Counted from the stretch's first letter, positions 29,863 to 40,655 are shown. The stretch: 64,000 nt of DNA from an uncultured Alphaproteobacteria bacterium (GCA_944391475.1 CALXTR010000006.1:6127-70126); one strand, 5' to 3'. Numbers and translations are program-made. The notes: a model not told the origin generated them from the sequence alone.

Positions 29863-30318
29863 ATGCAAAAAACAATAAAGCTCATGGTTATCATCTGCGG
29901 GTTAGTCATGCCGATGTTGTGTCAAGCCAGAGGCTTAAGACCAGCCTCATTTAATGATATGTATGCCGCAGCCTCGCAAGGAAAAATTGGCATTTTGAAA
30001 GATGCCGTATACCGAGGCATGGACATTAATGCCGTTAATGAAGACGGAGATACCGGACTATGCATGGCAATCAAACGTTGGGACTATCGTGCCTATAATT
30101 CATTTCGAGCCGCCGGCGCAGCACCGCAGACATATTGTACCGGCACCATTGAGCGGGAACATTATGAAGATTTCATGAGTTCATCACGGATTCCTGAATT
30201 TTTCAAATACGAGCAAAATGCCTTTTATGCCAAACCTGGAAGCAATACCACCAGTTCATTCTGGCCCTGGGTCATTGGTGGAGGTATCATCACCGCAATT
30301 TTGATAGTGGCCTTATAA
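29863..30318 (+). CDS. exported protein with an ankyrin-like repeat and a C-terminal membrane anchor
   Basis: Signal peptide; GMDINAVNEDGDTGL..AI; hydrophobic C-terminus. Confidence 0.6.
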   Translation: MQKTIKLMVIICGLVMPMLCQARGLRPASFNDMYAAASQGKIGILKDAVYRGMDINAVNEDGDTGLCMAIKRWDYRAYNSFRAAGAAPQTYCTGTIEREHYEDFMSSSRIPEFFKYEQNAFYAKPGSNTTSSFWPWVIGGGIITAILIVAL

Positions 30319-30334
30319 ACAAAGGAGTAAAAAC

Positions 30335-30679
30335 ATGAAAAAAAGCACCGCTTATTTCAGCATACTACTGATTACATTAGCAATTGTTCTAATCGGATAT
30401 ATAGTTCCGGTTGGAAGCATCAAACATTTTGCCCATGGTGTTTTTCATGCTGCTTTTAATCCCTTAATTGCCATTTCAGCCGCTGCTTGCGCTTTTATCT
30501 TCCTCAACAGCGGTCACTACTGGTTAATAAACATTGCGTGCGGTTTTATTGCCGCCATTGTCGTTTTGCTGTTGCACAAGAGTGGGTTAGGGGTGATGAG
30601 CATACTCATTCGTGCCACAGCATTTGTGTATATTGTTTATATTTTAAACTACATCCGACTGATTATCAGTAAAAAGTAA
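30335..30679 (+). CDS. hypothetical membrane protein (about 4 TM)
   Basis: AGGAG RBS; hydrophobic ORF in an operon-like arrangement. Confidence 0.7.
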   Translation: MKKSTAYFSILLITLAIVLIGYIVPVGSIKHFAHGVFHAAFNPLIAISAAACAFIFLNSGHYWLINIACGFIAAIVVLLLHKSGLGVMSILIRATAFVYIVYILNYIRLIISKK

Positions 30680-30683
30680 GCTA

Positions 30684-31244
30684 ATGAAAACCAACCAAAT
30701 ACAGGTTTATTATAACGCCAATATTTTTTACCAAAATCAGCTCCAATTAGGTGGTGTACTGGTAGAAGACGGCAAAATTATTGCCATTGAAACAGATACG
30801 ACTAAGTTTCGCCATATTGATGAGCAAATAGATTTATCCGGAAAATATTTGATTCCCGGATTTATAGATACTCACATTCACGGCATTGGCGGATATAGCT
30901 TTCAAAATCAGTCTAGTCAGGATGTTTTAGAAGCCTCACAAAAGCTAGCCACATACGGCGTAACCTCTTTTATCCCGACCATATCACGTTCAAGCGCGCA
31001 AGACGATGAAATTATTGGGGATATTCAAGCAATTGTCACAGCAAACAGATATGTTCACGAGGGGACACCTATTTACCCCATATCAATTTGTCGCATAATA
31101 TATATTATGTATAGTAAGATTGTGAGATACGCAATAAAGCTTCCTATCAGCAGCAATTGCGCACAAAGACGCTCAAACAATTTTGAACGCTCACAACGCC
31201 GCCGATATCAATTCTCGTGTATAATTATGCTGAGGTCGTCGTAA
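30684..31244 (+). pseudogene. nagA: truncated N-acetylglucosamine-6-phosphate deacetylase (N-terminal ~125 aa recognisable)
   Basis: IDL.GKYLIPGFIDTHIHG..G and GVTSF.PT motifs; no HLEGP or later catalytic part; frame runs into the convergent gene. Confidence 0.75.
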
Positions 31245-32774
31245 AATCTCATCACTTGAACCAATTTCAACCAGCTGACCATCTTTCATCACACCAATAC
31301 GATCTGCAACCGCACGAATGGCCGCCATATCATGAGATATAAAAATATAAGAAATTTCTCGTTGTTCTTGAATCTGATTTAACAGCTGCAAAACTTGTTT
31401 TTGTATGGTCGCATCTAAAGCCGACGTTGGTTCATCTAAAATCAGAATTTTGGGTTTGAGAACCAGAGCTCTCGCAATTGCAATTCTCTGCCGTTGTCCA
31501 CCGGAAAACTCATGCGGATATTTGTTGAGCGCATCATCAGCAAGCCCTACTTCTCGCAACACCTTAACAATCCAGCGACGCTTTTCGGCTTTGGAAAGTT
31601 CCGGAAAATGTACTTCCAAACCCTCGCCGACAATTTCTTCGACTGACATCCGCGGATTAAGTGAATTATACGGATCCTGAAACACGATTTGAACCAACTT
31701 ACGAAAACTTTTGCTAGATTGAATAATGTTTTGTTTTTCCTCAACATTTTCGAAACTGACAAAGCCATCATGTTTGATCAGATTAGCAATTGCTAAGCCC
31801 AAAGTGGTTTTTCCTGAGCCAGATTCCCCCACAATCCCCAAGGTTTCATTACGATATAACTCCAAAGAAACACGATTAACCGCAGTAAGTTTAGTCAGAG
31901 TTTTACCCCAAAAGTTCTTTTTGAGATCAAACTCGACCGTAACATCATTAGCTGTCATCACAATTTCTTTGCCAATTTTATCATTGTTTTTCAATGAATA
32001 GAATGAAGAAATTAAGCTTCTGGTATACTCATGTTGCGGGTCATTAAACACTTTTTCAACATCACCCTGCTCCACTATCTGCCCACTTTTCATCACCAGC
32101 ACACGATTGGCAATTTTTCGCACCAAACGTAAGTCATGACTAATAAAAATAATCGACATACCGGTAGTTTCGCGCAGTTTTAACAGCAAATCCACAATCT
32201 GCTTTTGCACCGTCACATCCAGAGCCGTTGTCGGTTCATCTGCCACCAAAATCTCAGGATTATTCGCCATTGCCATCGCAATCATCACTCTTTGACGTTG
32301 TCCGCCAGATAGTTCAAACGGAAAAGAGTTCATTCTTTGCCGCGCATTTTTAATGCCGGTCATCTTCAAAAGACGCAACACCTCTTTTTTTGCATCTTTG
32401 GAGCTAAATCCGCGATGCAAAGTCAAAGCTTCACTGATTTGTTTCCCCACTCTGTGCAACGGATTGAGTGATGACATAGGCTCTTGGAAAATAAATGCGA
32501 TTTTATTGCCGCGAATTTGTTGAATTTTCTTATCCCCAATCAGCTCCCTTCCTTCAAGTTTTATCGAAGAATTTGAGCTATGGAACGCTTTTGGATAAGG
32601 CAACAAACCAAGCAAAGACAACGCACTAACAGACTTTCCTGAACCAGATTCTCCCACAATACCTAAAATTTCGCCTTTTTCAACTTCAAAGGACACATCT
32701 TTAACCGCTTGCGAGGCCAAACCATTGCTATTCCTAAAAAAAACCGAGAGATTTTTAACTTCAAGCAGCGCCAT
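31191..32774 (-). CDS. yejF: peptide ABC transporter fused double ATPase (YejF-like)
   Basis: Two GESGSGK motifs, two SGGQRQR signatures, DEPT twice. Confidence 0.88.
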   Translation of the reverse strand: MALLEVKNLSVFFRNSNGLASQAVKDVSFEVEKGEILGIVGESGSGKSVSALSLLGLLPYPKAFHSSNSSIKLEGRELIGDKKIQQIRGNKIAFIFQEPMSSLNPLHRVGKQISEALTLHRGFSSKDAKKEVLRLLKMTGIKNARQRMNSFPFELSGGQRQRVMIAMAMANNPEILVADEPTTALDVTVQKQIVDLLLKLRETTGMSIIFISHDLRLVRKIANRVLVMKSGQIVEQGDVEKVFNDPQHEYTRSLISSFYSLKNNDKIGKEIVMTANDVTVEFDLKKNFWGKTLTKLTAVNRVSLELYRNETLGIVGESGSGKTTLGLAIANLIKHDGFVSFENVEEKQNIIQSSKSFRKLVQIVFQDPYNSLNPRMSVEEIVGEGLEVHFPELSKAEKRRWIVKVLREVGLADDALNKYPHEFSGGQRQRIAIARALVLKPKILILDEPTSALDATIQKQVLQLLNQIQEQREISYIFISHDMAAIRAVADRIGVMKDGQLVEIGSSDEILRRPQHNYTRELISAAL

Positions 32775-33817
32775 TATTTATTTTTCCTCGCATCAAAAGC
32801 ATCACGCACCCCTTCCCCTATAAAAATCAATAAGGTAAGTAACGTGGCTAATACAACAAAAATACTTAATCCAATCCATGGCGCCTGTAAATTATCCTTA
32901 CCCTGGCGAACCAAATCACCAAGCGATGGATACTCATAAGGCAATCCAAACCCCAAGAAATCCAATGCCGTTAGAGCCACAATTGCTTCTGAAAGAATAA
33001 ATGGCACAAACGTAATGGTCGCAATCACAGCATTAGGTAATATATGCCGGAACATAATACGCGCATTGCTAACCCCAAGCGCCTTAGCGGCCATAACAAA
33101 TTCCAAATTTCTAGCCCTCAAAAATTCTGCCCGCACCACTCCGGTCAAATTCACCCACGAAAACAAAATCAGGATTAATAACAAAGTCCAAAATGTCGGA
33201 GTAAAAATACTAGCAATGATGATAAGTACAAACAGCTGCGGCAAAGATTCCCAAATTTCCATAAATCTCTGCATAAAGATATCGAGCTTGCCGCCAAAAT
33301 ATCCTTGGATTGCACCGGCAAAAATACCAATGACAGAAGAAATGGCCGTCAATAAAAATGCAAACACAATTGATAAGCGCAACCCATAGACAATCCGAAC
33401 CAAAATATCGCGTCCTTCATCATCGGTCCCCAACCAGTGACGTGCGGAAGGAGGCGCCGGAGTTGGGCTACTCAAATCATAATCAACCGTATTAAAAGAA
33501 AAACGAATTGGTGGCCAAATTGCCCAACCGTCTTTTTCAATATTTTCTAAAATAAGCTTGTCTTTATAATCTGCCGGTGTTGGAAAATCCCCTCCAAAAT
33601 CTGCATCGCTATAAGTCTTAAACAACGGGAAATATAAATCACCTTTGTAAGCCAAAACCAATGGCTTATCATTAGCCCAAATTTCGGCAAACAAGCTCAA
33701 AATGAACACCCCAAGAAAAATCACCAAAGAAATAACCGCACGCCGATTAGCGGCAAAAACCGCCATTCGCCGCCGGTTCAAAGGAGAAATATGTCTTTTC
33801 AACCATTTGTGAAACAA
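32774..33817 (-). CDS. yejE: peptide ABC transporter permease (YejE-like)
   Basis: ANDKPL, HWLGTD..GRD, GAIQGYFGG, VRAEFLRAR, LDFLGFGLP. Confidence 0.9.
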   Translation of the reverse strand: MFHKWLKRHISPLNRRRMAVFAANRRAVISLVIFLGVFILSLFAEIWANDKPLVLAYKGDLYFPLFKTYSDADFGGDFPTPADYKDKLILENIEKDGWAIWPPIRFSFNTVDYDLSSPTPAPPSARHWLGTDDEGRDILVRIVYGLRLSIVFAFLLTAISSVIGIFAGAIQGYFGGKLDIFMQRFMEIWESLPQLFVLIIIASIFTPTFWTLLLILILFSWVNLTGVVRAEFLRARNLEFVMAAKALGVSNARIMFRHILPNAVIATITFVPFILSEAIVALTALDFLGFGLPYEYPSLGDLVRQGKDNLQAPWIGLSIFVVLATLLTLLIFIGEGVRDAFDARKNK

Positions 33818-33829
33818 TTTACACTTCCC

Positions 33830-36808
33830 TTAGTTTTTCTTTTCATCACCAAGCTCTGGGATTTCAGAATCATTCTTTTCAAACAACTTATTTTCATCAA
33901 AATCTGTTTGATTTTCTATCAATTGAGGAATCAACATTTCTGGTTTAGACTGTGAAATTTTGGGAGTTTCCTCCACGGGCGGCAGAGGTGGAACCGGAGC
34001 CTTAATTTCCAATTGATCAGCAACGCTATTTGATACATCAATATCATCTTCATCAGCATTAGCAATAATTTCAGCTGTCAAATTATCCAAATCAGATTTC
34101 TGAACTTGGTCTTGATTTTGGGGCTGATTATTTTCCTCATCAGTACCGATTTTTATAATAATTTTATCAGATTTATCATCACCTTGAGGAACAATTACCA
34201 CTTTTTGAGAGCTATCAGGTTCATTATCATCTGTTTGTTGGGGATTGTTTTCTTTAAGTTTAGCCTCATCAGCCTGTGCTTGATCATCATCGATTTCTTC
34301 TTGAGGTGTATTAACCACAGACTTTGCTTGTTCTACCAAATCTTTCTGTTGAGGCTGAGTAACTCCAGGCTGTACTTGTTCTTCCGCATCTGTCTGTTGA
34401 GACACAGTAAGCTCAGGCTTTGTTTCATCATCTTTAGCCAAATTTTCTGTGACCACATCCTCCGTTTCAATCTGCTCCTGTTTTTCTTCAGCAGGTTTAT
34501 CATTTTGGGGTTCCGACACAACCTTGGCACTTCCGATTTCAACATTTTGAACTTGCGGTAAAGAATCTGTCTTGAGTGTATCGGCACCTGATTGTTCAGA
34601 TTGAATATTTGTAGCCTCAATCACCTCAGAAACAACCGCCATACTTTCCTGATTTTTTGTTTTCTCCACTTCAGATACATTTTCAGCAACCGAATTATCC
34701 ACCAAATTTTTCGGCTGAGCGCTGGCCTCACTACCTGCATTTGCTTTTGCTGCAATTTCATCTGTACGAAGTTTAATTTTTTTGACTTTCTCTGCTTCCT
34801 GTTTTGCAACTTCAGATATTGTCTTAAGTTCTTGTTTTACTAAACTTTCTTTAGCATACTTAGGATCCTGCAGTTTACTTGCCTCAACTTCCTTTTCCAC
34901 CAATACCGGCATTTCAATTGGTATTACCATATCCGGATAATTAGCTCTTAGCCAATTTCTAAACCACTCATTGGCATCAGCTAAAGCATCAATTGAACTT
35001 TTTTCAATAGTATTTTGTTTTTTAATTGTTTCTAACAGTTCGTTTTTGACGCCTTCATCAAGATTTAAGCCTTCTTGTTCTTTGCATTCATCCTTCTTAA
35101 ACAAGTATTGTCTCACAATCTTTGGAGCACTACAAAACTGATTATTGATAGAAAACTTATTATGCTTAGGATCACGAATGGCCATAGACACCATATTTTG
35201 TGCTTCAAATTTATCTGCTGGTTTCAAACCTGCAATTTCCAAACCACTCATACCTTGCAAAATCACAACCGTATTTTTATCTGCTCCCGCTTCGCGAAGT
35301 TGGCGCATAAAATCAGCTATTTTACCAAACAAGCATGCCGTCTGCTCAAAATAAGCATTCATCTGTTTGGATTCATCTTTTTCTACTCCGCCTTTTACAA
35401 TCCACTTTTCAACTGGTTTAAGCTGACAAAATTCGTCATAAACAAAAGCTTGCCCCGGCAAATTCATCCAAACCACATATGCCCGATTTCCTTTACCCTT
35501 AGCAATGTCCTCAACAACAGTATCAAGCGTTTTAACACTACCCAAAGATTTGAGCTTAGCATAATCTATCCCTACCAAAGGAACATCAGCCACATTAAAT
35601 GACTTAAGCACATTATACAACGGCCGATTAAGCGTAAACATATCCATACTTCCCAACCACTGCCCTAAAAGAACCATGGTACGTTGCCGCAAAGAAAACT
35701 TATCTTCATTTAAAGCAAAGGGAACCATTTCTCGACGAGAGCATGCATTTGCTATTGGTTTTCCATCAATAAAGCATAGCTCGGCATTAGCGTCTTCAAA
35801 AACTTTTCTCACATATCCATTTTTCTCAAAAGTAGCTAACAGTTCATTTGATTTTAGACTTGAATGCTTTTCAGCCAGACTATTAAAGTCCCAATTATCG
35901 GCATACTCCGCCGGATTGACCAACAAATCAGCATCTGTTGTCATATTCAGGCTCTGCGCCAGATTTTCAAATTCATCATTTCCCAAAGTATATGCATTAG
36001 GAAACAAAGCAAAACCATGGTTAGTATATAACCCTAGCATGGCATTAAGAGCATTTTTAGCTCTAGGATATTTGGGGCTTATTTTCTCTAAATAGCGATA
36101 AGTAGGCAAATTAGGCACGGCCACAAACACAAAATTATTGCCTTTTTTATTATTGGTAATCACCTTATCGGCATAAACTTCATAAAAATCAGCCATATTG
36201 TTACGTTGATTATAAAGTTTGACAACCGAAACCGAAGCAATTGCAGCTAATACCACTACCATATAAAATTGTTTGCGATTGCTGGCAAAAGTAAAGAATA
36301 ACCATGCAACCAATAAGATTACCAGAGCGGCAATCAAAAGCGAATATGAAGCAAACCACCCAGCAGAAGCTCCATCCAACCACTTAAGAGCAAATTCATG
36401 CAGAAAAGAAGCAGAATCAAATAGTGCAAATTGGTTCACCAACACCACAAACAAGAAAGCAACCAATGCAGCAGCCACCAAGTTCTGAATAAAACGAGCC
36501 AATGAAGCCACAAACATCAGCAACCAAGACATACCCAACAAAGCCAGCAATATATAAGAAACTTCCGGCACAAACTCCCACGGAGCACCGCGAAATGCAT
36601 TTAAGTTGCCCACTTTTAGAAACAAAACAAAATCTATTGCCGCAAGCAAGAATACAATCAAAGACTTATTAAACCAATCTGCCAAATAGCTCAGCACCCC
36701 CGGCCCTTGTTTTTTGACTTTTATTTTGATTTTTTTCTCCACCACTTTATCAGGTTCTTTGGCGGAAACAAGAGTAGATGGCCGTTCTTCAATTATAATG
36801 TCTTCCAT
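33830..36808 (-). CDS. large membrane protein: about 5 TM, a sulfatase/alkaline-phosphatase-like domain and a long acidic disordered tail
   Basis: 992 aa ORF; hydrophobic N-terminus; DKNTVVILQGMSG resembles a degenerate sulfatase DNT.VI..SDHG motif; E/Q/D-rich C-terminus. Confidence 0.6.
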   Translation of the reverse strand: MEDIIIEERPSTLVSAKEPDKVVEKKIKIKVKKQGPGVLSYLADWFNKSLIVFLLAAIDFVLFLKVGNLNAFRGAPWEFVPEVSYILLALLGMSWLLMFVASLARFIQNLVAAALVAFLFVVLVNQFALFDSASFLHEFALKWLDGASAGWFASYSLLIAALVILLVAWLFFTFASNRKQFYMVVVLAAIASVSVVKLYNQRNNMADFYEVYADKVITNNKKGNNFVFVAVPNLPTYRYLEKISPKYPRAKNALNAMLGLYTNHGFALFPNAYTLGNDEFENLAQSLNMTTDADLLVNPAEYADNWDFNSLAEKHSSLKSNELLATFEKNGYVRKVFEDANAELCFIDGKPIANACSRREMVPFALNEDKFSLRQRTMVLLGQWLGSMDMFTLNRPLYNVLKSFNVADVPLVGIDYAKLKSLGSVKTLDTVVEDIAKGKGNRAYVVWMNLPGQAFVYDEFCQLKPVEKWIVKGGVEKDESKQMNAYFEQTACLFGKIADFMRQLREAGADKNTVVILQGMSGLEIAGLKPADKFEAQNMVSMAIRDPKHNKFSINNQFCSAPKIVRQYLFKKDECKEQEGLNLDEGVKNELLETIKKQNTIEKSSIDALADANEWFRNWLRANYPDMVIPIEMPVLVEKEVEASKLQDPKYAKESLVKQELKTISEVAKQEAEKVKKIKLRTDEIAAKANAGSEASAQPKNLVDNSVAENVSEVEKTKNQESMAVVSEVIEATNIQSEQSGADTLKTDSLPQVQNVEIGSAKVVSEPQNDKPAEEKQEQIETEDVVTENLAKDDETKPELTVSQQTDAEEQVQPGVTQPQQKDLVEQAKSVVNTPQEEIDDDQAQADEAKLKENNPQQTDDNEPDSSQKVVIVPQGDDKSDKIIIKIGTDEENNQPQNQDQVQKSDLDNLTAEIIANADEDDIDVSNSVADQLEIKAPVPPLPPVEETPKISQSKPEMLIPQLIENQTDFDENKLFEKNDSEIPELGDEKKN

Positions 36809-36873
36809 TGCATTATCCTTACAGATTTATGTCCTGGAAAATATATAAGCATAAGATTTGTGATATTTAAAGC

Positions 36874-36910
36874 AAAAACCTCGAAGCTTGCATAAGTTTC
36901 GAGGTTTTTA
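36874..36910 (-). terminator. rpsD terminator
   Basis: aaaaacctcgaagctt-gcat-aagtttcgaggttttt. Confidence 0.75.
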
Positions 36911-36931
36911 AGAAAAATACGAAAATGGTTA

Positions 36932-37546
36932 CTATCTTGAGTAGAACTCGATAACCAGGTTCGGTTCCATTTGAGATGCATAAGGAACATCATCAAACTT
37001 CGGAACAAAGGTATATTTTGCAGTTAACTTTTTGCTATCAACTTCAAGATAACCAGGCAAATCGCGGCTGGTAGATTCTACAGCAGCAATAACCATCGGT
37101 AACTGTTTAGATTTTTCACGAACTTCAATCACATCACCGGCTTTAACCATATAAGACGGGATATTAACTTTTTTACCATTAACCAAAACGTGACCATGGT
37201 TAACAAATTGGCGAGCAGCAAATACAGTCGGTACAAACTTTGATCTGTAAACCAAGTTGTCCAAACGAGATTCGAGCAAGCCGATTAAATTTTCAGCAGT
37301 ATCGCCTTTTCTTCTGATAGCTTCTTCATAATATTTACGGAATTGTTTTTCACCAATATTACCATAGCTAGTTTTCAAACTCTGTTTAGCATAGAGCTGC
37401 TCACCATAGTCAGTTTGTTTTTTTCTACGTTGACCATGTTGACCGGGAGCATATTCTCTTTTAGCAAAAGAACTATTGGGATTACCCCACAAAGCTTTAC
37501 CATAACGGCGTTCAGCTTTTTTCTTAGCGTTTTCAATACTTTTCAT
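36932..37546 (-). CDS. rpsD: 30S ribosomal protein S4
   Basis: [35 protein letters not shown]; alpha-type and stand-alone. Confidence 0.98.
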   Translation of the reverse strand: MKSIENAKKKAERRYGKALWGNPNSSFAKREYAPGQHGQRRKKQTDYGEQLYAKQSLKTSYGNIGEKQFRKYYEEAIRRKGDTAENLIGLLESRLDNLVYRSKFVPTVFAARQFVNHGHVLVNGKKVNIPSYMVKAGDVIEVREKSKQLPMVIAAVESTSRDLPGYLEVDSKKLTAKYTFVPKFDDVPYASQMEPNLVIEFYSR

Positions 37547-37650
37547 CGATAAATCCTAATTTTGTTACACATACATTTTTGTTCCGGTAGTTTCGGCCCT
37601 TAAGATTCTGCCGAACGGGAAATTTCATCCACCTTCCCAGAAGTGGGTTC

Positions 37651-37679
37651 AACTTACATCACTTTTTTTCAAATTTCAA
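37651..37679 (-). promoter_or_regulatory. sigma70-type promoter of rpsD
   Basis: Minus strand TTGAAA-17 nt-TAAGTT. Confidence 0.5.
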
Positions 37680-37750
37680 GTACAATTTTCAAAAAAAAAG
37701 CTGGAAAACAAACCTCAACGAGTTAATATAGTCGCAAAGGAGCACAATAT

Positions 37751-39508
37751 ATGTCATATGATTTACTATTTCGCCGCGCCATAGAGTTGCATGAACAAGG
37801 AGAGTTTGACAAAGCAGAGCAACTCTACCGCCAAATTTTGGAAGCCATACCCGAAAACCCCGATGTATTAAATCTATTAGGGCTAATTGCCCAAATTAAA
37901 GGTGTGCACGAAGAAGCCGCCGGACTTTTCTACCGCGCCATCAAAGCAGATGACAAACGCGCTCCTTTTTATTTTAACTTAGGCATTTCGCTAAACTGTT
38001 GGGGCAAACCCTATGAAGCTATTGAGGCTTTTTCCAATGCCATCACTCATGAGCCCAACATGAAAGAAGCCTGGCTGCAAATTGCCAATATTCGACACGA
38101 CTTAGGACAAATCAGCCAAGCCGAAAACGCTTACAGTCAAGCGCTAAAACTAGATGAAAACTATTGCGAAGCCATGGTTGGCAAAATCATGCTCGACCCC
38201 AAGAGTGCCATTTACAATTTACAAGAACTGCAAAACAAATTTCCGCATAACGTGCAATTAAAATTTGAGTTAAGCCGGCTCTTTTTAGCCCAACAAGACT
38301 ATCAATCCGCCCTACTCCAGGCTCAAGACATTGCCACAGATTGCCAAAACACCACCGAAATCCAAACTCTCTTAGGCCAAATTTTTTTAGGGTTAAACCA
38401 AATCACTCCGGCCCAGAATCACCTTACTCGTGCTTTAGAACTAGATGGCACCAATATTTTAGCGCGACTTAATTTGGCTGATATTCAAGCCCAAAAACAA
38501 GATTATACCTCTGCTGAAAGACACTATCTACGAGTTTTGGAGCTAGACCGTAACAATTTTGCCGCTCACCTGAATTATGCAACTTTGCTATATAAACAAC
38601 ATCGCTTGAGTGAGGCCTTAGAAGAATTTCGCCAAGCCGTAATTCTCAATCCTAAAAGCGCAGAAGCCAGCAATAATTTGGGCCTCATATTAAAAGACCT
38701 GCAAGAATATGAAGAAGCTCTGGGATTGTTTTTTAATGCTTATGCCCTCAACCCCACGCTTGAAGAAGTTTCCGTCAACCTTTCGGAAACCCTGATGCTA
38801 TATTATCAAAAAGACCAAGATACCGCCGTTAAAATTGCCGAAAACTGGCTCAGACAAGCCCCGCAAAACATTTTTGCTATCCGCACAAATGCCGCATTCA
38901 AAGGCCTTCCCAGTACTTCAGATGAAAATAAAACCTACGCTGAAAAGTTGTTTGATAATTTTGCCGATAATTACGATTTTACCCTCAGACAAATCAATTA
39001 CAATCTCCCGCAAGCTTTTAGTGATTATATCGGAGAAACCAGCGGTCATATATTAGACTTAGGTTGTGGCACCGGATTGTTAGGCCAAGCACTTAAAACC
39101 TCACATAACCAAATTATTGGCATCGACATATCTGCCTCCATGCTGCAAAAAGCCCAAAACAAAGCTGTGTACAAAGAGCTCATCAACCAAGATATTTTAT
39201 CTTATCTTAATAGTTCGCACCCTACATTTGACTTAATCACCGCCGCCGATGTTTTTTGTTATTTTTCTGAGCTCGATCCAATTATTCAAAAATGTTTTCC
39301 AAGCAAAATTTGTTTTTCCGTTGAACTAGGCGACAACACCAGCAACTGGCAACTATCTTCACAAGGTCGCTACAAACATTCTTTAGAATATGTTAATAAA
39401 CTATTAAGCTCCAACGGATATAATCAAGTAAAATATCAACTATTGACCTTGCGCACCGAAAATGGCCAAGACGTCAAAGGAGCAATGTTTTTAGCTTCCA
39501 CCACATAA
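37751..39508 (+). CDS. TPR-repeat protein with a C-terminal SAM-dependent methyltransferase
   Basis: About 9-10 TPR units, then LFDNFA..YD, ILDLGCGTGL.G, GIDIS..ML, AADVF.Y, GRY.H. Confidence 0.9.
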   Translation: MSYDLLFRRAIELHEQGEFDKAEQLYRQILEAIPENPDVLNLLGLIAQIKGVHEEAAGLFYRAIKADDKRAPFYFNLGISLNCWGKPYEAIEAFSNAITHEPNMKEAWLQIANIRHDLGQISQAENAYSQALKLDENYCEAMVGKIMLDPKSAIYNLQELQNKFPHNVQLKFELSRLFLAQQDYQSALLQAQDIATDCQNTTEIQTLLGQIFLGLNQITPAQNHLTRALELDGTNILARLNLADIQAQKQDYTSAERHYLRVLELDRNNFAAHLNYATLLYKQHRLSEALEEFRQAVILNPKSAEASNNLGLILKDLQEYEEALGLFFNAYALNPTLEEVSVNLSETLMLYYQKDQDTAVKIAENWLRQAPQNIFAIRTNAAFKGLPSTSDENKTYAEKLFDNFADNYDFTLRQINYNLPQAFSDYIGETSGHILDLGCGTGLLGQALKTSHNQIIGIDISASMLQKAQNKAVYKELINQDILSYLNSSHPTFDLITAADVFCYFSELDPIIQKCFPSKICFSVELGDNTSNWQLSSQGRYKHSLEYVNKLLSSNGYNQVKYQLLTLRTENGQDVKGAMFLASTT

Positions 39509-39513
39509 GGAGA

Positions 39514-40152
39514 ATGCCCATGAACCGCGATGAATTGATTGATATTTATGATGAACAGATGAACCTTTTAGGTACAGCACCTCGTTCTCAAGCACATCGT
39601 GAAGGCTTATGGCATATGACATTCCATTGCTGGATCGTAAGCCGCCCCGACAAAATCTGGCTACAACGCCGTGGTGAACACGTTGAAACCCATCCCAACA
39701 AATTAGATATTTCCTCGGCCGGACACTTGCTAACCGGAGAACGACCCAAAGATGGTATCCGCGAGATTAAAGAAGAATTGGGATTAGATGTTGATTTTGA
39801 TAAACTAACCAAACTCTTTACCGGCAAAAAGATTACCGAACGTCCCGGTTATATTAACCATGAATTTACCGCCACATATTTGCTCGAAACCCATAAAAAA
39901 CTTTCTGAACTTATCTTAAACCCCGAAGAGGTGTCTGGCGTATATGAAATATGCATTGACGACTTGATTAATTTGTTCAATCGCAAGGTCAATAAGGTCT
40001 ATGGTTCTGGATTAGTTTTGGGTGACGATGGAACGTTTAGCCTTCAAAGCGGCGCTTTTGGAATTTGTGACTTCACACCGCACAGTGCAGAATATTATCT
40101 CAAAATCTTAAACACTGCCAAAAGGTATCTTGAAAATTCGAAAGCCGCATAA
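39514..40152 (+). CDS. NUDIX hydrolase (IPP isomerase-like)
   Basis: H..GLWH..FHCW, SAGH...GE......REIKEELG Nudix box. Confidence 0.88.
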   Translation: MPMNRDELIDIYDEQMNLLGTAPRSQAHREGLWHMTFHCWIVSRPDKIWLQRRGEHVETHPNKLDISSAGHLLTGERPKDGIREIKEELGLDVDFDKLTKLFTGKKITERPGYINHEFTATYLLETHKKLSELILNPEEVSGVYEICIDDLINLFNRKVNKVYGSGLVLGDDGTFSLQSGAFGICDFTPHSAEYYLKILNTAKRYLENSKAA

Positions 40153-40153
40153 A

Positions 40154-40591
40154 ATGCCTTTATCCATCTGTAGCTTAACTGCGACTGATTATTCCGCAAT
40201 CTTAGATGTTTGGGAACTTTCAGTCAAAGCCACCCATCACTTTCTAAAACCCGAAGAGATTGATTATTATCGACCTTTAATTCTCAAGTATACCTTACCT
40301 CAAGTCGACTTATATGGTATCCGCAACACCCAACAAGAATTACTTGCCTTTATAGCCATTCGGGATAACAAAATCGAGATGTTGTTTGTCCACCCCGATT
40401 ATCTCCGCCAAAAGCTTGGTTCTTCCCTACTCTCATTTGCAATTAATGAACATAAATGCAATCGTATTGATGTTAATGAAGAAAACCCCGATGCATTGAA
40501 AGTTTATCAAAAATTCGGGTTCAAACAAATTTCCCGCCATCCAACAGATGATTGTGGCAAACCTCATCCCATTTTAGAACTGGCACTATAA
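40154..40591 (+). CDS. GNAT acetyltransferase (YjaB-like)
   Basis: WE.SV.ATH.FL, IEMLFV.P, DVNE.N..A...Y...GF. Confidence 0.88.
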   Translation: MPLSICSLTATDYSAILDVWELSVKATHHFLKPEEIDYYRPLILKYTLPQVDLYGIRNTQQELLAFIAIRDNKIEMLFVHPDYLRQKLGSSLLSFAINEHKCNRIDVNEENPDALKVYQKFGFKQISRHPTDDCGKPHPILELAL

Positions 40592-40612
40592 AATCACAAT
40601 ATTAACTTTACA

Positions 40613-40647
40613 AAAAAAAAATTCCGGATTTCTCCGGAATTTTTTTA
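40613..40647. terminator. bidirectional terminator
   Basis: aaaaaaattccgga-tttc-tccggaattttttt. Confidence 0.8.
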
Positions 40648-40655
40648 ATAACAGA

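Noticed and set aside
37751-39508. TPR-methyltransferase fusion as a novelty
   Set aside because: This architecture is common in proteobacteria.
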